From NCBI RefSeq assembly GCF_009914755.1, contig NC_060935.1: 64,000 nucleotides of DNA. One strand, written 5' to 3'. Position numbers and translations under genes: made by a program. Within the stretch, counting starts at the first letter, position 1, and every line of letters begins with the position of its first letter. A model generated the notes under the pieces. The model was not told where the DNA came from. It worked only from the letters and a program-made list of their open reading frames with translations, and searched no databases. The stretch is from the human T2T-CHM13v2.0 reference genome, Homo sapiens. Positions 52,161 to 64,000 of this stretch are shown in pieces.

Positions 52161-55100
52161 GGTATATATCCAGTACTGCTGCTGTGACAACCTCAGGGAG
52201 AGCCCAGATGAGCTCTCACAAAGGAAGGCAATGCCAAGTTTTCCATTAGGCCAGTGTTCTTGGTGTCTGTCTGTGGTGTGGGTACTCTGAATTCTTCATG
52301 CTCTCGAAATACTGTGTCTCAGCAAAGAATTCAGTGTTTTATTTCAGTTTATTCTGTTTTTAAAAAATTCTGCAGATGCAGCTCCTATACTCTAAGAATG
52401 CTCTGGCCAGTTTGTTCTAATTTGCAGTTTCTAATCAACTAGCAAGATAACAAGAACTGCTATTACAGCTTTGAAAAGCTTCATCTACTTCAGAGAAGTT
52501 TATATCTTGTGAGCATAATGACAAATCTAACATTTACCTACCATATATAATTAAGCATGCATATTATGGATAACACCAGTTTAATATTGAACATACTTTT
52601 CATTAATAAAACGCAACAGTACTTACATTCATTATAATGGTAATCTAAAGATCACTAATCAGAACTTTCCACCTGCAAGTGTATGTACATGTGAAGAGGA
52701 GCGTATTTGGAACTGATTATATTTGTAGATTACAATAGGAAGAACACAACAGGGTACAAAAAGGTAAGATGATATTGCTAACAAAGTGCAGATTTGAGGG
52801 GAGACATCTTTACATTTTAGTCCCAGTTTGACCACAGATTAGCTATAGCATCTTACCTAGGTCATTTACATACCCACACCCCAAATACATACACACACAT
52901 GTTCCATGAGGGTTGGTTTCTTTTTTTGTCAAAGGAAAAAAAACCACTCTACGTGTTTGATAAGGTTACTAAAAGATAAAATAAACTCAAAATTACAACA
53001 TTGTTTAGGAAAAAAATAAAAGTACTACACAGTGTAATTATTTGCTAACATTATGTAATGAATTATTATGAACAAGTGCTCAATTCTAGAGGATTTCACA
53101 GCTAGTATTTAGCTGGAATTTGGTAAAAGGAATGATCAGGACAGGCACAAAAATGGGTACCGAGTACCACATATATTGATAAGACTGAAATATTGAGCGA
53201 CGGCATTATGATTTAGGTGACTCTAGTTGAACACTGGAAGATACTTTGCCTCCAGGTAGATAGAGAATAGAAGAAAAAGAAGTTCCCCAAGTGGTAAGAC
53301 AGCAAGTGCTAAAGAGGGCATCATTTATGTGGTTCATAGAGAAAGGAACTTAAGGACCAGCCACCATTGAGTATCACCCAAGTCTCAAAAATGCAAATGA
53401 TCTGGGAACAAGTAGCCCTTGACAGGACATGAATTCAGTGATCTGGGTGACTAGATTACAGCTCCAAGCCTGAGTATCCAGAGGCCTAGTTGTCTAAACT
53501 CCAGTAGCAGAAATAAAACTTAAAGAACAGAAGGCCAACATGGGCCTTCAAGTAATAAAACAGGGAATTCGAAACTACTGACCAGAAGTCAGGACTGTGT
53601 ATCATGTCATATTCCTAAATCCATGTTACTTTTGTGTGTTTTTCTTGCCTCCTTGCAAGGATCATTAGTAACTCATTTAAAAGAAAATAGTATCTTTGGA
53701 GAAGCAAGAAAGAGGCCCTATGATGACTAAGTCTGTCTGCAGTCAGGCTTGCAGAAGAGAAGCCCAAGGAAGACAGGAGGGGAGGGGAGCAAAGATGATT
53801 GTTGAGGGTTTGTGACAAAGATTTAAAAAGGAAAAGCATAGAAGCCATCCCAGAACTGAGAAATGGCCAAGGAAGCTTAGTAGTGGAGGGCCTTGGTGAT
53901 ATCTGTGCTAGTAGAGAGTGGAAGAGTATCAATGAATTAAGCATGGGAGCTATGTGTAAACATCACCCTCCTTTAATGATTCCTAGACCCACATTCTATC
54001 TGGAGAGAAGCTAATACATACACTTATTAAACTCATTGTGAGCCAGTACCTGGTCTTCTATATTCATTACCACTCTTCTTTACAACAACCCTAAAAAGCA
54101 GTTATTATCCCTAATTTACAGATGAGGGCAATCGGGGGACCAAAGATTCAAAGTAACTAATGCAGTATAAATGTATATCCTATGCCTGGTACTTTTTCCA
54201 ATGCTTTACTTTCACAACTCATTTCTTGCTCACAATGAGCCTGTGAAGGAGGTTTTATTATTATTCTCATTGTTTATATAAGGAAACTGAGGCACAAAGT
54301 TCTTAAGTCAAAGCTGGTATTCCAAACAAGATATGCCTGCATCCCTTTTCCCATATGATACTTACACTAAAAGAAAACAAATTAATGCTAATCATCATGA
54401 ATAAAAGTTCCTAATTCTAGAAACTAGAACATAATTGATAAGTTCTACCTATAAGAAAACTTGCAAATGCCCTCTGTACTCTATGTGTCTATCCTTCTCT
54501 CCCATGATGTTGCCCCTAGCCCCCAGGCTCCCACCCACATGTCCATTCACATAAACCCAGTGCACCAGGGCTGAGACTTGTTCCCCTCTCACAATGTGTC
54601 ATTATCATGGTTGTCATGAAAGTTGATAAGTTTTCACTGAATCCTGATTAAAGTTCCACTCTTATCCTCATTGTGCAATCTTCAGTTTTTGACAGGAACC
54701 AAAAATGGTCCATAATGAATCTGTTCAAATGACAAAGATTATAATGGAAATAGACAATGGCACAAAATTAATTTGTTCCTGTAACAGACACAATGACAGC
54801 AACAAAGCTGGATGCAGAGCTATTTGGTTCTCACTGAAGAAACTACAGTCATCCCCCATTCATGGGGCATATGTTCCAAAACCCCCAGTGGTTGCCTGAA
54901 ACTGCCAATTGTTCTAAACCCTATGAATGCTATGTATTTTTCAATAAGTCCTACCTTGTTTCACTGTTGTTTATGCTATTGCACTTCACAGATAATGCAA
55001 TTTTTAAAAATTGAAGTTTTGTGGTAACTCTGCATCCAGCAAGTCTATTGGCACCATTTTTCCAACAGCATGTATTCACTTCATATCTCTGTCTCACATT

Positions 55101-55602
55101 TTGTAAATACTTGTAATATTTCTAATTTTTCATCATTATTGTATCTGTCATGGTACTCTGTGATCAGTGATCTTTGATGTTGCAATTTTGGGGGGCACCA
55201 TAAGCCACTCACATATAAGATTATGACATTTATTGATAAATACTGTGTGTGTTCTGACTGTTCCATCAATCAGCTCTTTCCCAGTCTCTCTCCCTCTCTT
55301 CAGGCCTCCCTTAATTCCTGAAACACAAAATATTGAAATTAGGCCAATTATTAACCCACAACGGCCTCTAAGTGTTCAAATGAAAGGAAAAGTTATACAT
55401 CTCTCACTTTAAATCAAAAGCTAAAACTAATGAAGCTTAGTGAGGAAGGCATGTTGAAAGCTGAGATAAGCTGAAGGCTAGGCCTCCTGTGCCAAATGGT
55501 AACCAAGTTGTGAATGCAAAGAAAATGCTCTTGAAAGAAATTAAAAGTGCTACTCCAGTGAATACATGAATGATAAGACAGTGAAACAGCCTTATTGCTC
55601 AG

Positions 55603-55908
55603 ATGGAGAAAGTTCTAGTAATCTGGATAGAAGATCAAAAAAGCCACAACATTCCCTTCAGCAAAATCCTAGTCCAGAGCAAGGCCCTAACTTTTTTCAG
55701 TTCTATGAGGGCTGAAAGAGGTGAGGAAGCTGTAGAAGAAAAGTGTGATGCTAGCAGAAGTTGTTTCATGAAGTCAAAGGAAAGAAGTCATCTTTGTAAC
55801 ATAAAAGTGTCAGATGAAACAGCAAGTGTTGATGTAGAAGCTGCAGCAAATTGTGCAGAAGATCTAGCTAAGATCATTAATGAAGGTGGATACACTAAAC
55901 AACAGATT
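55603..55908 (+). pseudogene. Tigger1 transposase fragment (CENP-B-type HTH region), disrupted
   Basis: [43 protein letters not shown]...[17 protein letters not shown]; degenerate continuation at ~58360-59500 (YWKKMSSRTFTAREEKS). Confidence 0.9.
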
Positions 55909-58355
55909 TTGTTTGTTTTCTTATTTTAAGTTCCAGAGTATATGTCAGAAAGTGCGGGTTTGTTACATAAGTAAACGTATGCCATGGTGGTTTGCTGCAC
56001 CTATCAACTCAACACCTAGGTATTAAGTCCTGCATGCATTAGCTATTTTTCCTGATGCTCTCCCTTCCCCCACCCCCCGACAGGCCCTGGTGTGTGTTGT
56101 TCCCCTCCCTGTGTCCATGTGTTCTCATTGTTCAGCTCCCACTTATGAGTGAGAACATGTGGTGTTTGGTTTCCCGTTCCTGTGTTAGTTTTCTGAGGAC
56201 GATGGTTTCCAGCTTCATCCATATCCCTGAAAAGGACATGATCTCGTTCCTTTTTATGGCTGCATAGTATTCTATGGTGTATATGTACCACATTTGCTTT
56301 CTCCAGTCTATCTTTGATGGGCATTTGGGTTGATTCCATGTCTTTGCTATTGTGAATAGTGCTGCAGTAAACACACGTGTGCATGTATCTTCATAACAGA
56401 ATGATTTATATTCCCTTGGGTATATACCCAGTAATGGGGTTGTTGGGTCAAATGGTATTTCTCATTCTAGATCCTTGAGGAATCACCACACTGTCTTCCA
56501 CAATGGTTAGAACTAATTTACATTCCCACCAACAGTGTAAAAGTGTTTCTATTTCTCCACAGCCTTGCCAGCATCTGTTGTTTCTTGACTTTTTAAAAAT
56601 CACCATTCTGACTGGCATGAGATGGTATCTCATTGTGGTTCTGATTTGCATTTCTCTAATGATCAGTGACGTTGAACTTTTTTTCATGTTTGTTGGCTTC
56701 ATAAATGTCTTCTTTTGAGAAGTATCTGTTCATGTCCTTTGCCCAGTTTTTGATGGGGTTGTTTTCTTTTTATCTTGTAAATTTGTTTACGTTTCTTATA
56801 AATTCTGGATAGTAGACCTTTGTCAGATGGGCAGATTGTAAAAATTTTCTCCCATTCTGTAGGTTTCCTGTTCACATTGATGATAGTTTCTTTTCCTGTG
56901 CAGAAGCTTTTTCATTTAATTAGATCCCATTTGTCAATTTTTGCTTTTGTTGCAGTTGCTTTTGTCAATTTCATCATAAAATCTTTGCCCATGCCTATGT
57001 CCTGAATGGTATTGCCTAGAGTTTCTTCTAGGATTTTATGGTTTTGGGTTTTACATTTAAGTTTTTAATCTAGCTTGAGTTAATTTTTGTATAAGGTGTA
57101 AGGAAGGTGTCCAGTTTCTGTTTTCTGCATATGGCTAGCCAGGTTTTCCCAGCACTATTTATTAAACAGGAAATCCTTTCCCCTTCCTTGTTTTTGTCAG
57201 GTTTGTCAAAGATCAGATGGTTGTAGATGTGTGGCCTTATTTCTGAGATCTGTATTCTGTTCCTTTGGTCTGCTTGTCTGTTCTGATACCAGTACCATGC
57301 TGTTTTGGTTCTGTAGCTTTGTAGTATAGTTTGAAGTCAGGTAGTGTGATGCCTCCAGCTTTGTTCTTTTTGCTTAGGATTTTCTTGGCTACATGGGCTC
57401 TGCTTTGGTTCCATATGAATTTTAAAGTAGTTTTTTTTTCTAATTTTGTGAAGAATGCCAATGGTAGTTTAGTGAGAATAGCATTAAACCTAAAAATTAC
57501 TTTGAGCAATATGGCCATTTTCACAACATTGATTCTTCCTATCCATGAGGATGAAATGTTTTTCCATTTGTTTGTGTCCTTTCTGATTTCCTTGAGCAGT
57601 GGTTTGTAGTTCTCCTTGAAGACGTCTTTCACATCCCCTGTTAGCTGTGTGCCTAGGTATTTTATTCTCTTTGTAGCAATTGTGAACGGAAGTTCATTCA
57701 TGATTTGGCTCTCTCCTTGTCTATTATTGGTGTATGGGAATGCTTGTGATTTTTACTCATCGATTTTGTATCTTAAGGAGCTTTTGGGCTGAGACAATGG
57801 GGTTTTCCAGATACAGGATTATGTTGTCTGCAAACAGAGACAATGTGACTTCCTCTCTTCCCATTTGAGTACCCTTTATTTCTGTCCCTTACCTGACTGC
57901 CGTGGCCAGAACTTTCAATGCTATGTTGAAGAGGAGTGGTGAGAGAGGGCACCCTTGTCTTGCACCGGTTTTTCAAAGGGAATACTTCTAGTTTCTGCCC
58001 ATTCAGTATGATATTGGTTGTCCGTTTGTCATAACTGGCTCTTATTATTTTGAGATATGTTCTATCAATACCTAGTTTATTGAGAGCTTTTAACATGAAG
58101 GGATGTTAAATTTTATCAAAGGTCTTTTCTGCATCTATTGAGATAATTATGTGGTCTTTGTCATTAGTTCTGTTTATGTGATGGATTATGTTTATTGATT
58201 TGTGTATGTTGAACCAGCCTTGCATCCCAGGGATGCAGCTGATGTAATTGTTGTGGATAAGCTTTTTGATGCACTGCTGGATTCGATTTGCCATTATCTT
58301 ATTGATTTTCACATCAATATTAATCAGGGATATTGGCATGAAGTTTTCTTTTTTT
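55909..58355 (-). mobile_element. 5'-truncated L1PA (L1PA8/10-like)
   Basis: minus-strand ORF2p fragments 56132-56374, 57237-57701, 57773-58096, 58106-58339; TSD-like aacaacagatttt / aacaaaagactttt. Confidence 0.96.
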
Positions 58356-60634
58356 GCTTTAACAAAAGACTTTTAATGGAAATGAAGCACTTCTATTGGA
58401 AGAAGATGTCATCTAGGACTTTCACAGCTAGAGAGGAGAAGTCAATCCCTGTCTTCAAAGACTCAGAGGATAGGCTAAACTCTCTCATTAGATGTCAATG
58501 CAGCTTGTGATTCTAAGTTGAAGCCAGTGCTCATCTACCATTCTGAAAATCCTAAGACCCTTAAGAATTATGCTAAATCCACTCTGTGATCTATAAATAG
58601 GGCAACAAAGCCTGAGTGACAGCACATTTCTTACAGCACACATTATTGAATATTTTAAGTCCAATATTGAATCATTACTGCTCATTGGCAATGCACCTAG
58701 TCACCTAAGGGCTCTGATGAAGGTGTACAAGGAGATTAATGTTGTTCTCATGCCTGTTAACACAGCATCTATTCTGCAACCCATGGATCAAAGAGTATTT
58801 CAACTTGTATGTTTTATTATTTAATAAACACATTTCCTAAGGCTACACCTGCCATAAATAGTGATTCCTCTGATAAACTGGGCAAAGTAAATTGGAAGCC
58901 TTCTGGAAAAGATTCACCATTTTAGATGCCATTAAGAACATTTGTGACTCATGGGAAAAGGTCCAAATAGTAATATTAACAGTAGCTTAGAAGATGTTAA
59001 CTCTAACCCTCATGGGTTATTTTGAGATGATCAAGACTACAGTGGAGGAAGTCACTGCAGATGTGGTAGAAATAGCAAGAGAACTAGAATTAGAAGTGGA
59101 CCCTGAAGATATGACTGAATTGCTGCAATCTCATGATAAAATTTGAATGAAAGAGGACTTGCTTCTTATGGGTGAGCAAAGAAAGTTCTTCCTTGAGAGG
59201 GAATTACTCCTGGTGAAGATGCTGTGAACAGTGTTGAAATGACAACAAAATATTTAAAACTTTACATAACCTAGTTGCTAAAGCAGTGGCAGAGTTTGAA
59301 AGGATTGACTCCAATTTTGAAACAAGTTTTTCTGTGGATAAAATGCTATTAACAGCACTACATGCTACAGATAAATCTTTTGTGAAAGGAAGTTTTCGGT
59401 GGCAAAATTCATTGTTGTCTTATTTTCAGAAATTGCCACAGCCATATCATCCTTCAGCAAACACCACCCTGGTCAGGCAGCAGCCATCAAGATGGAGGAA
59501 AGGCCCTCCAGCAGCCAAAAGATAGGACTTGTTGAAGGCTCAGATGATGGTTAGTATTTTTAGCAAAAATGTCTTCTAATTAAAGTACCCCCTTTTAAAA
59601 CGTAATGCTACTGCACACTTAATATATTAAAGTATATTGCAAACATAACTTTTACATGCATTGGGAAACCAAAGAAAAATCTGTGAGTGGTTTTATTGCA
59701 ATACTCATTTTATTGCAGTGGTTAGGAACAGAACCGGCAATATCTGCAAGGTATGCTTGCACATACATACCTATGATACAGTTTAATTAATAAATTAGGT
59801 ATAGGAAGAGATTAACAACAATAATAAAATGAACATTATAACAATATACTGTAATAAAAGTTATGTGAATATGGTCTTTCTCTCTCTCAAAATATCTTAT
59901 TGTACTGCACAGTACCCATGCTTCTTCTTGAGATAATATGAGATGATAAAATGCCTACGTGATGAGATGAAATGATGTGAACGATGCAAACATCGTGACA
60001 TAGCATTGGGCTACAACTGACCTTCTGATGGCACATCAGGAGGAGGAGCATCTCCTTCAGGTGATCTTGGATCCTGGAGTCATGACAATGTCGACGACTG
60101 GATGTCAGGAGCAGTGTCGATGACTAATGAATGGATAGCATCTATAGCATGGAGATGCTAGACAAGGGGATGACTCAAGTCCTCAGTGGGACAGAGTAGG
60201 ATGGGGAGAGATTTCATCTCACTACTCAAAATGGCTTGCAATTTAAAACTCATGAATTGTTTATTTTTGGAATTTTCTATTTAATACTTTCTGACTGCAA
60301 TTGATGGCAGGTAACTGAAACCTCAGAAAGTGAAACCGCAGGTAAGAGGGAGACTACAGCAAACACAGGTGTTTTGGAAAAGAGAGGTCTACTCTTGCAG
60401 TGACACAATCTCCTTCCCTTATCCAATAAATCCTGGGGATAAAGGTGGAACCATCAACAGAGTCCAATGTGAAAGATGACAAATATACAACAAAAGTTTG
60501 GATATATTTACACAGCGAATGAAAGAAGTTGGACTCTTATTTGACCTGCCTCTTAAGAGAGTTATTCTGAATGTTCATTTGCTGTCACAGGTTTACATAA
60601 ACCAAGTCTTATCTTCTAAGAATAAGAACACATC

Positions 60635-60923
60635 TCCTGGGCACGGTGGCTCACGCCTGTAATCCCAACACTTTCGGAGGCCAAGGCAGGTGCATCACAA
60701 GGTTAGGAGTTCAAGACCAGCCTGGCCAAGATGATGAAATGCCATCTTTACTAAAAATACAAAAAAATTAGCTGAGTGTGGTGGTGGGCCCCTGCAATCC
60801 CAGCTACTTGGGAGGCTGAGGCAGAGAATGATTTGAACCCAGAAGGGAGAGGTTGCAGTGAACCGAGATCGTGCCACTACACTCCAGCTGGGACACAGAG
60901 CAAGGCTCCGTCTCAAAAAAAAA
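60635..60923 (+). mobile_element. Full-length Alu (AluS)
   Basis: TSD aagaacacatc on both sides. Confidence 0.97.
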
Positions 60924-63672
60924 GAACACATCACTCTTTCAAATAAAGACCATATTCCTGGTAACTTCCTCATCCTAGGCTTATTAGAGCAATTGTTTTA
61001 TCCTAGATGAGACAGCATTTTAATAATGATTGAATTAATTTTACATAGAATGGGCAGGTATTGTTCCAAAAGGAAAGGAGAAAGCAAATTTCAGTTTCCA
61101 AATGTTGACACAAAGGACAGTCTTGTCTTCCATTTAATTAAACTTTTAAACAGATACTTAAAATATTCTGACCAGCAAATCCAGCATCTTTGCATTCTGC
61201 TATCAGCTGGTATATTTTCACAGTTGCCCTGCCTAAGCTTTGATTCAGGCTGAAGATTTCTAGTGTTCTGTTTTCTTGTAATTTAATGTTTGCTTTTCTA
61301 ACTACATTGTCTTCTTCAGCATCCTGTTATTTGCTGAGCTCTTAAACCTACTTTGTCTTAAATTAACCCCCAACCATCTGAGAAAATATAGCATGTTCTT
61401 AAAATGCAAAGCCACAGTAAAGAGTACTGCAGTACTGATGCTAGGCAGGTGGCTGGGAAAGCCAGCAATGACAAAGAATAGGAAAACCAATTTGGACAAA
61501 AGTAAGAGAAAGCAACACCTGAGTCCTTTACCTAATCATCAGACTCACTGCAACAGCTCCCTAGGGGCTGTTTACTCTGTTCTGTCAGTTCCCTTGTTCT
61601 TTTCTGAAACATCCTGACTTTCTTCTGAGGTTTACAACCAACTTACAATGTCAGTAGTGTCCCCATCTTACACATGAGAAATCAGGCTCAGGAAAGCAGC
61701 TTTCCCAAGGTCATACAGTCAGTGAGGGGAATGATCTAGGGTTTCAGCCCAGGATAGATGACCCTAAAGATGCAGGTCTGTTTTACTAGACCACACCCTA
61801 AAGATGCAGGTCTGTTTTACTCTACCAAACTGTCTCCCAAATTAAAATGAAAAATCTAATATTTCTTCAAGTGATGGAAGATGTTCAACTCCATGATCAA
61901 GATGTTTTGTGGCAAAAGGTAACTTTTGGTACTAAACCAGCAAGAATGAAAGCCCCAGCTAAATCAATCAATCTGGGTTATCTCATTCTGTCTGTGCTAG
62001 TGCCTTGTCTTTGAGATAAATACAGATAAATAAATATATGGATTCAGATATAGATACGGATATACAGATAGAGCCATACAATGTATTAGAGAATATCAAA
62101 TTTCAGCTCTTTTTTTTCCTTTTAAGCAGTCTTTAGTAACTTATCTTTGATATAATGGATAAAAGCAGAAATGACATATTTGTCAATATCTTGTAAAAGA
62201 ATTATGAGGAAAACACACAGCTTCTTTTTTTACAAAGAAGTGAAGTATGGGCAGTAATCTCCTGTCCCTCTGAACCCAGGCAATTAATGTTTCATGGACT
62301 TTTACCTGACTGATTCTAAGCAAAGCAATTCCTATAACTCTAGAATTACTTTGCAAAATCACTCCCTGTGACCTCAGCGCTATTCTCAGTCACCCACAGA
62401 TTCTGCCTCCAATATCTCTCCTTTTGACTCTTCACATCACAAAGCCTTGAAATTGTTTTAATGTTCAGCTGTCACTGTGACTTTTGAAACCAACTTATCT
62501 CCTTTGTATAAATGAAGGTCAAATGTATCTGAAATAGACAAGACGATGATAGTGTGTAGCTTCAAACTATATGTATTGTGTGATGAGAAGTAAAGCTTTG
62601 ATTTTTAAGTGGGCAAGGAATGGAGAGTTTTCACACTATGAATGAAGCAACACCTATTTAGACTTTATTTCTATTAAAAAAAACTAAGATATCTTCTGTA
62701 GCCCACACATTAGTGTGTGTGTAATAGTCAAGCAAGTTACCAAGCTGCTGTCACAGAAGTGGCATGCCAGAGTGGGCTCAAGAAGTAATCAGGGAGTGAT
62801 GGTATGTGTTTAGTAATAATAAGAAAAACTGTGTTAGTCCCTAGGTTTCTTTTCACTGGCCAAAAGCCAAGACAGTCTGTTATGATATAATCCTCTTTCT
62901 TTACCTTCTTCTCTCTACTCACCTTTTGCCCTTACAGTCCCAGACCTTCCAAAGCAGCTGTAGCAAGAAGGCTCAATGAATTACAGGATGGTTGTACCCT
63001 TTGAGGTCCAATATCACATAGGATGGGAAAAGAAGCAAGTAGGGCTAGTTAATAAAGAAGTCATACTTTTAAAATTCAAACTTCGAATAATTACACAAAG
63101 AACCATCTGCAACCAGATTAACTACCCTATTAGAAAGAAAATGATCAAGTCCAGTGAGAATTGTCACTAACCAACAGTAAGATGCAAAACGGGGACAAAG
63201 AAAAGGACTCCTAGAATCAGCCTGATAAAAGAAAAGGATTTAAATTGGAAGTAGGACAAGGAGTTTCTCCTCAGCTACAGCTGTCAGAGGACTTCATCAG
63301 AACACAGCAGTTCAATGCAAAATCACATTTGTGGTCACGGAGTAATTATACAGGTGTTTCTATTTGTTCTTAAGCTAACTTTAAACAGTAAATTCTATAA
63401 TACAGTAACGTTAAGAAGAGTTTGGGCAAGCATGAGAATCCTCCCCTGGGGTGAGGTCAACCTTAACCCTAGTATCTTCTCCACAAGGATATAGCTACTT
63501 CTGAGTTTCACTGAGTCACATCCTCCTGCTAAATTGTAAATACAAATTCCCCACACCCACTAAAACCCTTACAACTATTATCTCTACCTCTAATTGCCAA
63601 TCCTTTTCCTAAGAAACCAGAGAATAAGATGGAAGTAAACAAAAACAAGGAATTCTGATTAGACTTGGATCA

Positions 63673-64000
<328 letters not shown>

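Larger units (their letters stand above)
54944..59759 (+). mobile_element. Near full-length Tigger1 DNA transposon, split by an L1 at 55909-58355
   Basis: transposase remnants on both sides of the L1; right end caatatctgcaaggtatgcttg. Confidence 0.93.
54847..60358. mobile_element. MER44 (Tigger7-derived) element split into 54847-54943 and 59760-60358 by Tigger1
   Basis: cagtcatcccc...gttccaaaacccccagtggttgcctgaaac; resumes acatacatacctatgata...gtaactgaaacctcagaaagtgaaaccgc. Confidence 0.85.

Overview
Primate (human-like) non-coding genomic DNA, probably deep intronic or intergenic, AT-rich and dominated by interspersed repeats: L1 of several ages, L2, MIR, about 14 Alu copies or fragments, MaLR/ERV LTRs (MLT1, MST, THE1, LTR16, LTR33-like) and DNA-transposon fossils (Tigger1, Tigger3, MER44, MER82, MER58, MER5, MER63). 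No intact protein-coding gene, RNA gene or CRISPR array is supported. The ORFs I can assign derive from L1 ORF2, Tigger1 transposase, Alu or low-complexity DNA. Structure not explained by repeat annotation: (1) several locally templated copies, namely a ~260-bp inverted copy (8895-9153 from 10398-10645), a ~270-bp inverted copy of the neighbouring L1 inside a younger twin-primed L1 (42312-42579 from 38001-38270), an ~80-bp direct copy (43401-43482 from 41235-41311) and a perfect 37-bp-arm palindrome (24971-25054); (2) a well-formed 28-nt minus-strand microexon candidate (49360-49387) with other possible minus-strand exons; (3) a GC-richer non-repeat island (11521-12330) that looks like a decayed coding exon. 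Repeat subfamily names are by-eye recognitions from remembered consensus sequences, and boundaries are approximate.
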